Shown in pieces: positions 28,827 to 38,667 of a DNA stretch of 64,000 nucleotides. The first letter of the stretch is position 1. Each line of letters begins with the position of its first letter. The translations under genes and the position numbers were made by a program. Source of the DNA: Acidobacteriota bacterium (GTDB taxonomy: Bacteria > Acidobacteriota > Holophagae > Holophagales > Holophagaceae); NCBI GenBank assembly GCA_005788175.1, contig SXYX01000014.1, positions 87,277 to 151,276 on the forward strand. The letters run 5' to 3'. The notes under the pieces were generated by a model, which saw only the letters and a list, made by a program, of their open reading frames with translations, did no database searches and was not told the DNA's origin.

Positions 28827-30745
28827 TACGCCCTCCCCGCAAAAAGTAAAATCAAGAGACCCAATAGGCCTAGCATCGAGAAAAGAGTGTAATTCCTCAA
28901 TCGTCCAGTCTGAAGGTGAGATCCAAGATCACCAATTAGTCGAGTGATGGCTCCTGGTAAATTAACGCCGATTCCATCTATGACGATGACATCACCTAAT
29001 TTCCAAAACACTTTACCCATAACAAAAAAGGGGGTAACTATCAGAGCTTTCACGCCTTGATCTACGAAATATTTTTCTCGTATCATTTGATAGGTTCTTG
29101 AATATTTTTGTTCAAATCTCTTTTCCCAAATCAAGCCACCTGAGTAAAGTCTCCAAGCAACTCCAGCGCTAATTAAACTGAGAGTGGTGGATAGAAATGC
29201 TAGTTGCAGGGCTAAGGTATGATCTGAAGAATGAGCCTCGGGTTGGACGTTTTGGCCGAAAGTAAATGCAGACGCAAGCCAAGTAGCAATTGTATTGTGG
29301 CCTCCGAAAGATTCTGGCCAACCTATGACGACAGACAATAAGGAACCAAGAGACAGCAGAATCAAGGGAACCGTCATCCATTGAGGGCTTTCATGAGCGT
29401 GCGAAAATCTCTCTAAATGACGTGGTTTACCCGCAAAGACCAGGACCATTAGTCGCGTAATATAAAATGCCGTGCAAAGCGCCGCTAAAACCCCAAAGCT
29501 CCAAAGTGCTGGACTGTGCAAATAAGCTAAATAGAGAATTTCATCTTTACTAGCAAAGCCACTAGTACCCGGAAATCCCATTAAACAGAGTGCGCCGATA
29601 AGCATGGTAAAGAAAGTAATAGGCAATTTTTTTCGAAGTCCTCCCATTTCGAAGAGATCTTGCTCATGATGCAGGGCCAGAATGACACTTCCTGCACCTA
29701 GGAAGAGAAGAGCTTTAAACCATGCATGGGTAAAGACGTGGAAGAAGCCAGCGGAAAAACCCGAAACACCTAGGCCTAAAAACATAAAACCGAGTTGAGA
29801 AACTGTGGAATAGGCCAAGACTTTCTTGATATCTCTTTGGAAAAGAGCCATGGTGGCAGCAAAGAGGGCCGTTGCTACACCGATCCATGCAATTAAGTTG
29901 AGAGTGATAGGTGTTAATGAAAAGAGAGGGGCTAATCGACAAATAAGATAAACGCCACTGGTGACCATCGTGGCTGCATGGATCAGGGCCGAGACAGGTG
30001 TTGGACCCGCCATGGCATCTGGTAACCATAGGTACAGTGGGATTTGAGCACTTTTCCCAGTGCAACCGATAAACAACATGAGAGTGGCAAGTGTGATTAA
30101 TCCAAAGTGGGTTTCGACCCCCAATTGAGGTATCTGTTTCAAGAGATCGCTCAAAGTCAGCGTCTTAAAAACTGCAAATAAGGTCATCATGCCTATGAGA
30201 ACGCCGACGTCTCCGACGCGATTATATAAGAAAGCTTTGAGCCCTGCGCGAGGCGCTTCGTCGGTTTGGTAATAATATCCAATCAGAAGATAAGAACAAA
30301 GACCTACCCCTTCCCAACCTACAAAAAGAAGGGGGAGACTCGAGCTGAGGACAAGAAGGGTCATAAAGAATACGAAGAGGTTCAAGTAGGCAAAGTAACG
30401 AGATGTACCTTTCTCGTGGTGCATGTAACCAACGGAGTAAATATGAATTAGAAGCCCGATTCCAGTTATGACTAGAAGCATGACGCTACTTAACGCATCT
30501 AAAACGAATCCCAAAGGAATATTAAGATTACCTACCTGAAACCATTGGCCAAAAAAAAGATCGATACGATTTTCAGGACTTTCGAGAACTCGAATAAACC
30601 AAATGCAACTCAATAGAAAGGATGTAGCGATAGTCGAACAAGCGATGAGGTTCACAATAAAACGAGGTAACCGATGGCCTATTAGACCGTTTAGTAAAAA
30701 ACCTAAAAGAGGAATGAGGGGGATTAAAATTGCCGAATTCATCAA
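28826..30745 (-). CDS. nuoL: NADH-quinone oxidoreductase subunit L
   Basis: YLWLPDAMAGPTPVSALIHAATMVTSGVYL and a 639-aa length that includes the C-terminal lateral helix region. Confidence 0.9.
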   Translation of the reverse strand: MMNSAILIPLIPLLGFLLNGLIGHRLPRFIVNLIACSTIATSFLLSCIWFIRVLESPENRIDLFFGQWFQVGNLNIPLGFVLDALSSVMLLVITGIGLLIHIYSVGYMHHEKGTSRYFAYLNLFVFFMTLLVLSSSLPLLFVGWEGVGLCSYLLIGYYYQTDEAPRAGLKAFLYNRVGDVGVLIGMMTLFAVFKTLTLSDLLKQIPQLGVETHFGLITLATLMLFIGCTGKSAQIPLYLWLPDAMAGPTPVSALIHAATMVTSGVYLICRLAPLFSLTPITLNLIAWIGVATALFAATMALFQRDIKKVLAYSTVSQLGFMFLGLGVSGFSAGFFHVFTHAWFKALLFLGAGSVILALHHEQDLFEMGGLRKKLPITFFTMLIGALCLMGFPGTSGFASKDEILYLAYLHSPALWSFGVLAALCTAFYITRLMVLVFAGKPRHLERFSHAHESPQWMTVPLILLSLGSLLSVVIGWPESFGGHNTIATWLASAFTFGQNVQPEAHSSDHTLALQLAFLSTTLSLISAGVAWRLYSGGLIWEKRFEQKYSRTYQMIREKYFVDQGVKALIVTPFFVMGKVFWKLGDVIVIDGIGVNLPGAITRLIGDLGSHLQTGRLRNYTLFSMLGLLGLLILLFAGRA

Positions 30746-31083
30746 TGACTCAACGTAGAATGCTGATCTGCATCAGTTGTATTTTTAAGCCGATACAGTT
30801 CAACAATGAGTGCAAGACCTACAGCCGCTTCACAAGCCGCTACTCCAATTATGAAAAGATAAAAGACTGAAGCTGTTGGAATACCACCTTGCCATTTTCC
30901 AAAAGCCAAAAGAATAATATTGATGGCGTTTAACATAAGCTCAATGCCCATGAACTGAAGAAGAAAAGATCTACGAAGTAAAACAGTCATCAGTCCAATA
31001 ATAAACAAGAGAAACCCTACTACAAGGTAGCCCTGAAGGCCACCCGTCCAAAGGGACTGGAGAAAAGAAGCATGGGTGATCAC
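30742..31083 (-). CDS. nuoK: NADH-quinone oxidoreductase subunit K
   Basis: A 3-TM small subunit with MGIELMLNAINI and AACEAAVGLALI. Confidence 0.85.
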   Translation of the reverse strand: MITHASFLQSLWTGGLQGYLVVGFLLFIIGLMTVLLRRSFLLQFMGIELMLNAINIILLAFGKWQGGIPTASVFYLFIIGVAACEAAVGLALIVELYRLKNTTDADQHSTLSH

Positions 31084-31574
31084 AGGCGTTTTTTGACTAA
31101 GCTAATGGCGCCAATCATGGAAACCAACAGGAGTAACCCGATTATTTCAAAAGAAATAACATGGTTTGTCATCATTTCGGCTCCCATTTGATTGAGAGAT
31201 ACAGGAGCTATGTGATGTACTTGTTGTTCCGATAGCGACTGAAGAAGTTGTGATTGTCGGATTAGGATGATACTTCCTCCTATCAAAACTATTCCTAATC
31301 CTAGAGCAATATAACGTTGAAAATAAAGATCATCTTGAGCGGGTTCTTCTTCGTGGGCGTTTAACATCATGATAACGAAAAGAAGAAGGACCAGAATGGC
31401 TCCAGCATAAACAATAATTTGTAATGCGGCAGAGACAGGGTTAGAAAGCAGAATAAAAAGACCGGCAACTCCGATAAAAGTAGCTACTAAAAATAAGCCT
31501 GCCACAATGACATTCTTTTGGAAGGCCATCGCTAGTGCAGAACCAATAGTCAACAAAGCAAAGGCAAGGAACAT
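31080..31574 (-). CDS. nuoJ: NADH-quinone oxidoreductase subunit J
   Basis: Hydrophobic, about 160 aa, NPVSAALQIIVYAGAILVLLLFVIMML, and correct gene order. Confidence 0.8.
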   Translation of the reverse strand: MFLAFALLTIGSALAMAFQKNVIVAGLFLVATFIGVAGLFILLSNPVSAALQIIVYAGAILVLLLFVIMMLNAHEEEPAQDDLYFQRYIALGLGIVLIGGSIILIRQSQLLQSLSEQQVHHIAPVSLNQMGAEMMTNHVISFEIIGLLLLVSMIGAISLVKKRL

Positions 31575-31576
31575 AG

Positions 31577-32167
31577 TTACATCGTGACAAAATTACGAGG
31601 GGGCGACGGAGGTAACTCATTATCTTCAGATTGGACTGGCTTTCCATCCGTAACAGCATAGGTATTCATAAGATCCCATTTGCCATAATTAAGAGAGAGG
31701 CGATCATAAGCGGCTAACTCATAGTCTTTTCTGAGCCAAATAGCATCTTTGGGACAAGCCTCTTCACACATACCGCAATAAATACATCGCAACATATCAA
31801 TTTTAAATATTTTGGGACGCTTTTCTTCATACCCTTGAGTGAAATTTAAATCGCTAAATTCTTCTGCTTCGATGGTGATGCATCGGGCAGGACAAGCTTC
31901 CTGACACATAAAGCAGGCTACACACTTGATGGATCCATCTTCAAATTGCTTTAATTCGTGTAGGCCTCGGTATCCCTCAGGCATTTCTTTTTTCATCTCG
32001 GGATACTGAATTGTAAATCGTTTAGATGTGGGGGTGAGCAATTGTCGAATGAAGTGTCCAAACGTAACCCACATCCCCTTTAGAACCGCAGGAAAATAGA
32101 GGCGATCCCACCATGACAATTGGACTTTTTTAACTAAAATAGCCACTCTTTTTACCTCGTCAGCCAC
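31577..32167 (-). CDS. nuoI: NADH-quinone oxidoreductase subunit I (2x[4Fe-4S])
   Basis: CVACFMCQEACP and CIYCGMCEEACP ferredoxin motifs. Confidence 0.9.
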   Translation of the reverse strand: MADEVKRVAILVKKVQLSWWDRLYFPAVLKGMWVTFGHFIRQLLTPTSKRFTIQYPEMKKEMPEGYRGLHELKQFEDGSIKCVACFMCQEACPARCITIEAEEFSDLNFTQGYEEKRPKIFKIDMLRCIYCGMCEEACPKDAIWLRKDYELAAYDRLSLNYGKWDLMNTYAVTDGKPVQSEDNELPPSPPRNFVTM

Positions 32168-33204
32168 CAGGCATTTACAACTAGATTGATAAGACTTAAT
32201 GGGAACATGATTTTCCAGCCAATATGCATCAACTGGTCATATCTAAATCTTGGCAGAGTCCATCGAACCCAGACAAATACCCAGCACAGAAACAAAAGTT
32301 TAGCCAAGAAAGAAGCCACTGTGGCCAAAACGGGCCAAGAATCCCCGTCCCTACTGAAAGGGATACTCCATCCACCCAAATATAAAGTCACAATAAGGGC
32401 TGAAGCTACAATAATGTGAACATATTCTGCCAAGCCCATCAATCCAAATTTCATGGAACCAAACTCAGTATGAAAACCTGCAACAATTTCTGATTCGCCT
32501 TCGGCAAAATCAAAGGGAAGTCGATTTGTTTCCGCAAACTGACACACAAAGAAAACCAGAAACCCCAAGGGTTGTCGCCACAGATACCACCCGTGCTGAA
32601 CCTGGTCTAGAATTACTTGATGAGGATCGTAACCTCCTACGGTAACGAATAGTGCGATTACAGAAAGCCCTAGTCCTAGTTCGTAACTTACCATTTGTGC
32701 ACTCGCGCGCATTCCACCTAAAATAGACCATTTATTATTACTGCTCCATGCTGCAACCAGAACTCCGTAGACCGCAAGTCCACCGATAGCCAAAGGATAC
32801 AAAAGGCCCATTCCATTATTTGGATCAATAAGACTTAAATGATAAGTTGTACCTTCTAATTCAAAACTCCGTCCGACAGGAATAACAGCAAATCCAAGAA
32901 GAGCAGGTATAAAAGCTAAAGCGGGTGCAATCCAAAAAAGGGCGCGATTAGCATCCTTGGGGATAAGGTCTTCTTTAAAAAAGAACTTGAGCCCATCAGC
33001 TAAGACATGTGCTAAACCTAATATTTTTATTTTTCCAAAAAGTGCTGCTCGATTCGGTCCAATTCGATCTTGAATCATGGCACTACCGCGGCGTTCGACC
33101 CAAGTCAAAGGAGGAGCTAGTAACATCAGAAAACCGATACATACTAATACTTTGATTAGCATCCATGAAAGTTCAGGAGCGAGGGATAAAATACCGAGGA
33201 TCAA
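32152..33204 (-). CDS. nuoH: NADH-quinone oxidoreductase subunit H
   Basis: ERRGSAMIQDRIGPNR and FAETNRLPFDFAEGESEIVAGFHTEF. TTG start. Confidence 0.9.
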   Translation of the reverse strand: MILGILSLAPELSWMLIKVLVCIGFLMLLAPPLTWVERRGSAMIQDRIGPNRAALFGKIKILGLAHVLADGLKFFFKEDLIPKDANRALFWIAPALAFIPALLGFAVIPVGRSFELEGTTYHLSLIDPNNGMGLLYPLAIGGLAVYGVLVAAWSSNNKWSILGGMRASAQMVSYELGLGLSVIALFVTVGGYDPHQVILDQVQHGWYLWRQPLGFLVFFVCQFAETNRLPFDFAEGESEIVAGFHTEFGSMKFGLMGLAEYVHIIVASALIVTLYLGGWSIPFSRDGDSWPVLATVASFLAKLLFLCWVFVWVRWTLPRFRYDQLMHIGWKIMFPLSLINLVVNAWWLTR

Positions 33205-33296
33205 AGAAGTGATTCTCCCAAATCAAGTCTATTAATTAAAGAAAATGCAATTCTTCAAGTTACCACTTCAACAAAAAGATGGCTAGAGAGAAGGCA

Positions 33297-34769
33297 CTAA
33301 ATCCAACGAAGTAATCGACGTCTAACTTCTTCTTCTCCGAGGAGCAATAGCGTCTCGTGAATAGGTGGGCTAATAGTCCCCCCCGTAAGAGCAACCCTCA
33401 GGGCTTGAGCTAGATCTTTCAACGCTATCTTATGTTCAAACAGTATCCGATCGAGCCCATCGCGAAGACCCTGTGGGGTCCAATCCTCGAGTAAGTTCAG
33501 GCTACGAATAGCCGAGCGATTAGATTCTGTAAGATGCTTTATGATCAATTTTTCTTCAAAAATTTGAGGCGCTTCCCAGCAAAAGGCTAAAGACTGGGCC
33601 ATTTCTTTTAGCGTACGCGAGCGCTCCTTGGTACAACTTACGGCTAAATTTTTCCATGCTATATCTTGCGTTTGCCATACAGATGGCATGAAAGGCTCTA
33701 GTGACTTCATCAAAAATTCATTTGTAGAATTCATAATTAATTTTTGATTGATCCAATAAAGCTTATCGATATCAAAAACAGACGGGCTAGTTTGAATATC
33801 TTCTAAATTAAAGGCATCAATTAACTGAGCATCGCTAAGGATTTCTTCTTCTGCCGACTCAGCTACTTTTCCATCAATTTTTGGAGTCCAACTTAACTTA
33901 GCAAGAGTTAAACGAACAGCTTGAGCCAAAAAGCCTAGATCTTTGAATTCAGTAATACTTGCAGCTCCATGACGTTTACTTAACTTCTGCTTATCTTTAC
34001 CAAGAATCATAGGTACGTGGGCAAAAACGGGAAGCGTGTAGCCAAGAGCTTCAAAAAGCGGGATCTGTTTCGGTGTATTAGCAACATGATCATCTCCTCG
34101 AATAACATGCGAGACTTTCATAGCTACATCATCCACAACGACAGAGAAATTATAGGTGGGGACACCGATTTCTCCAGGCTCCGACCAACGTGCGATGATC
34201 CAATCGTCTAAACTGTCGGAAGGAAATTTAATCATCCCTTTGATAGCATCTTCTAAAATAATATCTCCACCGAGAGGCATAGCAAAACGAACGGAACTAG
34301 GCAATGAATCATCATGGTGTTTATCCCTACATCCTCGCCCAAAATCCATACCCCGATTATATTGAAAAGGCTTCCCTGAGCGCTCAGATTCTTTACGTCT
34401 TTCTTCTAAAGATTCCTTGGTACATCGACACCGGTATGCTTTACCTTGATCAAACAATTCAGTAATTTTAGATTTGTAAATATCCATACGTAAAATTTGA
34501 CGATAGGGACCATGATCACCTAACCATGAACCCAAATGTTGAGGATCAGGACCTTCATCCCAATCTAGCCCGGACCACAACATACCTTCTTCAATAATGC
34601 GAATATTATCTTCTGTTGAGCGATCGGTGTCAGTATCTTCAATACGCAAGATAAATCTACCCGAATTTTTTTTTGCAAAAAGCCATGCAAAAAGGGCTGT
34701 ACGAACGCCTCCAATATGCAACATCCCTGTCGGAGAGGGGGCAAACCGTGTCACCACTAAACTAGACAA
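33297..34769 (-). CDS. gltX: glutamyl-tRNA synthetase
   Basis: RFAPSPTGMLHIGGVRTALF (HIGH) and KLSKRHG (KMSKS). Confidence 0.95.
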   Translation of the reverse strand: MSSLVVTRFAPSPTGMLHIGGVRTALFAWLFAKKNSGRFILRIEDTDTDRSTEDNIRIIEEGMLWSGLDWDEGPDPQHLGSWLGDHGPYRQILRMDIYKSKITELFDQGKAYRCRCTKESLEERRKESERSGKPFQYNRGMDFGRGCRDKHHDDSLPSSVRFAMPLGGDIILEDAIKGMIKFPSDSLDDWIIARWSEPGEIGVPTYNFSVVVDDVAMKVSHVIRGDDHVANTPKQIPLFEALGYTLPVFAHVPMILGKDKQKLSKRHGAASITEFKDLGFLAQAVRLTLAKLSWTPKIDGKVAESAEEEILSDAQLIDAFNLEDIQTSPSVFDIDKLYWINQKLIMNSTNEFLMKSLEPFMPSVWQTQDIAWKNLAVSCTKERSRTLKEMAQSLAFCWEAPQIFEEKLIIKHLTESNRSAIRSLNLLEDWTPQGLRDGLDRILFEHKIALKDLAQALRVALTGGTISPPIHETLLLLGEEEVRRRLLRWI

Positions 34770-34878
34770 ACGAGTCCTCCAAGAACTTTATTAAGTTTGA
34801 CCTAGAACGGGAAATCTTGTGAATGAAGGGGCTTATCCTTCAACCTCGATCAAGGTAGCCTAATAGATTGGAGCCTCT

Positions 34879-36249
34879 GTGAAAGTCGGATTCGTTAGTT
34901 TAGGTTGCCCTAAAAATCTTGTAGATAGCGAGGTCATGCTGGGCCATTTGAGACTTAAGGGTTATCAGATCACCTCAAAAATGGATGAAGCTCGCATTCT
35001 TGTTGTGAATACTTGTAGTTTCATCGAAGACGCTAAGCGTGAGAGTCTCGATGCTCTTTTTGAAGCGGCCTCGATGAAAAAAAAGGGGGCATGCGAAAAA
35101 TTAATTGTTGCCGGTTGTATGGTAGAGCGCTACAGAGAAACTCTATTAAAAGATATTCCTGAAATTGATGCCTGCCTAGGGACAAGAGACATTGAAAAGA
35201 TTGCTGAAGTTATTGGAGGATCGGGATGGGGGGAGTTGGACCGCAATCCATCTTATCTTTATGATGAACGTTCCCCTCGATTGATTACAACTCCGAAAGC
35301 TACGGCTTATTTAAAGATCAGTGAAGGTTGTGATCATAGCTGCGCTTTTTGTATCATTCCGAAAATTCGCGGTAGCCAACGTAGTCGATCTGTGGACAGC
35401 GTCGTTGCTGAAGCGCAAAAACTTGTAGATCAGGGTGTCTTAGAGATTTGCCTAGTGGCCCAAGACACGACTGATTATGGCCGAGATTTAGGAGAACCTG
35501 AGGCTCTGGCTACCTTAGTTCGCGAGCTTGGAAAAGTTAAGGGACTTGAGTGGTTTCGTATTCATTATGCTTATCCCAATCGATTATCTAACGAGATGAT
35601 TCGAGCGATTGCTGAAACAGATAACTGTGCTAAATACCTTGATATGCCCCTTCAACATGCAAGTCAGAGTCTTCTGAAGAAAATGTCTCGAGGTGGATCA
35701 GCAGAAAGCTTTAGTCGATTGATTCAAGACATCAGAGAAGTTTGTCCCAAAATTCATCTGAGATCTAATTTTATTGTTGGATTTCCTGGGGAATCAGAAT
35801 CAGACTTTGACGAACTTCAATCTTTCATCTCAACCATGCAATTCGATCACGTAGGCGTCTTTACCTATAGCCAGGAAGAAGAAACTCCGGCTTTTGCATT
35901 AGGTGATCCAATCCACTTATCAGAAAAAATTCGGAGAAAAAATAAAATTCTTAGTGTGCAGCAAGATATCGCAAGATCAAAAAATCAACTCAAGATTGGG
36001 AAAACGCTCAAGGTATTCATCGAAGGAGCCCATGAAGAAACGCCGATGGTCTTCAAAGGTCGGCACGAAGGTCAATCGCCAGATATCGATGGAAACGTAC
36101 TAATTGTCGATGGCAATCCAAAACCACAAACCTTTCAATGGGTGAAAATCATTGAAGCCCATGCCTATGATTTAGTTGGCGAGATCAAAGAGGGTGGATT
36201 AGAGTCAACTATAGAATCTTATGAAAAAAATTACCGAAACCACCTCTAA
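34879..36249 (+). CDS. rimO: ribosomal protein S12 methylthiotransferase RimO
   Basis: GTG start. FVSLGCPKNLVDSE, radical-SAM CDHSCAFC and a C-terminal TRAM domain. Confidence 0.9.
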   Translation: MKVGFVSLGCPKNLVDSEVMLGHLRLKGYQITSKMDEARILVVNTCSFIEDAKRESLDALFEAASMKKKGACEKLIVAGCMVERYRETLLKDIPEIDACLGTRDIEKIAEVIGGSGWGELDRNPSYLYDERSPRLITTPKATAYLKISEGCDHSCAFCIIPKIRGSQRSRSVDSVVAEAQKLVDQGVLEICLVAQDTTDYGRDLGEPEALATLVRELGKVKGLEWFRIHYAYPNRLSNEMIRAIAETDNCAKYLDMPLQHASQSLLKKMSRGGSAESFSRLIQDIREVCPKIHLRSNFIVGFPGESESDFDELQSFISTMQFDHVGVFTYSQEEETPAFALGDPIHLSEKIRRKNKILSVQQDIARSKNQLKIGKTLKVFIEGAHEETPMVFKGRHEGQSPDIDGNVLIVDGNPKPQTFQWVKIIEAHAYDLVGEIKEGGLESTIESYEKNYRNHL

Positions 36250-36790
36250 TTCTGAGTCCTCATGTCATCGGAGATCCTGGCTGCTTGCCACAGGATTCGG
36301 CACAGGCTTCTTCCCTTTTGCTCCAGGAACTTGGGGGAGTTTTGCTGCTCTAGTTGCATGGATGGGCTTTTTCATTCTTGGACTTATGTTGGACTTAAGA
36401 AAAACTACAGCCGGTTTTGTTTTTTTAGGTCCTCTTTTACTATGGTGGTTAGGCTCACAAAGCATCAAGAACATTCAATCTGAATTCGATAATCAAGACC
36501 CCTCGTATATCGTGGTTGATGAGTGGGTAGGCATGTGGATCGCACTCATGCCCTTAGCGTCTGTAATCGCAAGGGACCCTTTTGCCTCATGGCAAGAACA
36601 GCTTTTAAGATGCGCCATACCATTCACCCTCTTTCGAATTCTTGATATATGGAAGCCGGGACCCATTCGTCGAGTTCAAAAAATAGGGGGAGCTTCGGGG
36701 ATTATGATGGATGATGTTCTTGCTGGCCTGGGAGCTGCTTTACTGACCAGACCTTTGATAAATCTTGCCCATCGTTTTTTCATAGTCTAA
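36221..36790 (+). CDS. pgpA: phosphatidylglycerophosphatase A
   Basis: LATGFGTGFFPFAPGTWGS, VDEWVGMW and DIWKP motifs. It overlaps rimO by 29 nt. Confidence 0.85.
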   Translation: MKKITETTSNSESSCHRRSWLLATGFGTGFFPFAPGTWGSFAALVAWMGFFILGLMLDLRKTTAGFVFLGPLLLWWLGSQSIKNIQSEFDNQDPSYIVVDEWVGMWIALMPLASVIARDPFASWQEQLLRCAIPFTLFRILDIWKPGPIRRVQKIGGASGIMMDDVLAGLGAALLTRPLINLAHRFFIV

Positions 36791-36806
36791 ATAACGCTGG
36801 TCACTC

Positions 36807-38525
36807 TTATTTTTCAGATATCGGAGCAAGTCCGCCATCTCCATCGAGGTGGCGACTTTGAATATGATATTTGTACCCTTGTTCCGTCAAAAAAAGCTGC
36901 CGATTTCTGGCAAACTCTTGTTCGGTTGTGTCTCGACTAATCAACGTATAAAAGTAACTCACATTTTCTGCATCTTTAGGCCGAAGAATACGACCCAAAC
37001 GTTGAGCTTCTTCCTGCCTGGAACCGAATGTTCCTGAAACTTGAATGGCAACACTTGCATCGGGTAGGTCAATTGCAAAGTTGGCTACTTTGCTGACGAT
37101 TAAAATTTTTAATTCACCCTTTCGAAAAAGACCAAAAAGCCTTTCTCTTTCTTTTTCGGGTGTTTGACCCATGAGAAGAGGAGCTTGAAAATGCTCTGAG
37201 ATCATTTTAAGTTGCTCGATATATTGACCAATAACCAATACGGAGTCTTGAGGATGGAGCGTGAGAATTTCACGAATCACCTTAAGCTTGAGTGAATTCT
37301 CAGAAGCGATTCGAAAACGCAGTCGTTGATCCGCAACGGCATAATTCATTCTTTCTTCGCTTGGAAGAGGGATTCTGATTTCCAAACATTGTGCGGTGGC
37401 AATAAATCCATCTTTCTCCAATACTTTCCAAGGAACATCAACCCGTTTGGGGCCAATGAGAGAAAATACATCTTCTTCCTTGTGGTCTTCGCGGACTAGC
37501 GTGGCAGTTAACCCCAGCCTTCGACGAGCTTGAAGTTCAGCTACCGCCCTAAAAATAGGAGCAGGGAGCATGTGGACTTCGTCATAAATAATTAATCCCC
37601 AGTTAGAAGCTTCGAAGATTTTGAAATGATCAAAGGGCCCATTTTTATCTTTACGATAAGTCAGTATTTGATAAGTTGCGATCGTAACAGGTGCTATTTG
37701 TTTGCTTTCACCGCTATAAAGGCCGATTTGATTGTCTGCCAGGGTGGTTTTATCAAGTAATTCTTGTTTCCACTGCTTCACAGCCGTTACATTAGTTGTC
37801 AAAATAAGCGTGTGTGTCTGCAGACCGGTCATACAGGCCATTCCAATAACCGTTTTACCAGCTCCGCAAGGAAGGACAAGAACCCCTGCTCCCCCTTCAG
37901 GTCCACCTCCTGCGTGAAAAACATCTGCCGCTGACTGTTGATATTTTCTAAGCGCAAATGGTTTACTATTTTCTTTGAGCTCAGATCTCAATTCAAAAGA
38001 AAGGGGTTCACCGTCTTTGAAGCCTGCCAAATCTTGAACGGGGTGGCCGAGTCGAATAAGTTGTAGCTTGATTTCACCTCTTGATCCTTCACGTATATAA
38101 ATTCCCTTTTGATCACCAAAGGGCTCTTGAAGAAAATCTCGGAGTGTTTTTTGATTAGAAATTTCCCAAAATAGTCCTCGATCTTCAATGTCAAGTGCTA
38201 AGCGATTATCTTTTTTGATTAATTTAATTTTCCCGTATCGGGTGGAATGGTCTTTAATTTCTTGAATAATATTTTGGGGTATTTCATATTTGGACCACAT
38301 TAATAGAATTTCAATGATAGTGTTTTCGATAACTCCCGAAGCTGACGCATTCCAAAGACTTAAAGGGCTTATACGATAGGTATGGATGTGCTCCGGGCTT
38401 TTTACCAATTCAGAAAACCGAGAGATCTCATCTCGAACTCGCTCAAATTCAGGATGAGCAACTTCTACCAATAAGGTCCGGTCGCTTTGGACGATAAGGG
38501 GATTATCTGGACGAAGGGGGGTCAA
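36807..38525 (-). CDS. XPB/Ssl2/Rad25-type SF2 DNA helicase
   Basis: An N-terminal XPB-type domain is followed by LRKYQ, Walker A LPCGAGKT, DEVH and GLTATLVRED (the XPB 'RED' motif), then a helicase C-domain. TTG start. Confidence 0.85.
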   Translation of the reverse strand: MTPLRPDNPLIVQSDRTLLVEVAHPEFERVRDEISRFSELVKSPEHIHTYRISPLSLWNASASGVIENTIIEILLMWSKYEIPQNIIQEIKDHSTRYGKIKLIKKDNRLALDIEDRGLFWEISNQKTLRDFLQEPFGDQKGIYIREGSRGEIKLQLIRLGHPVQDLAGFKDGEPLSFELRSELKENSKPFALRKYQQSAADVFHAGGGPEGGAGVLVLPCGAGKTVIGMACMTGLQTHTLILTTNVTAVKQWKQELLDKTTLADNQIGLYSGESKQIAPVTIATYQILTYRKDKNGPFDHFKIFEASNWGLIIYDEVHMLPAPIFRAVAELQARRRLGLTATLVREDHKEEDVFSLIGPKRVDVPWKVLEKDGFIATAQCLEIRIPLPSEERMNYAVADQRLRFRIASENSLKLKVIREILTLHPQDSVLVIGQYIEQLKMISEHFQAPLLMGQTPEKERERLFGLFRKGELKILIVSKVANFAIDLPDASVAIQVSGTFGSRQEEAQRLGRILRPKDAENVSYFYTLISRDTTEQEFARNRQLFLTEQGYKYHIQSRHLDGDGGLAPISEK

Positions 38526-38667
38526 GGGGGTACCTAACCCTCAAGGCTAAAGGCATATTGCTCGGTGGTCAAATACCAATGTTGAAGTTGTTGCTGAGGA
38601 AATAATAAATTTATGTAAACTATCCTCTTACAGTAACGATTATTTACAGTTCTCTTGGGAGAAAAGC

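Noticed and set aside
38614-38621. The 8-mer TGTAAACT is followed by a ..CTTAC.. element upstream of both the Asp-box protein gene (38614-38621) and the XPB-partner gene (42279-42286). It could be an ECF -35-like box.
   Set aside because: About two chance occurrences of any 8-mer are expected in 64 kb on both strands. The downstream spacing to any CGT/-10-like element also differs (16 vs 22 nt). It is worth a genome-wide motif scan, but this window alone does not support it.
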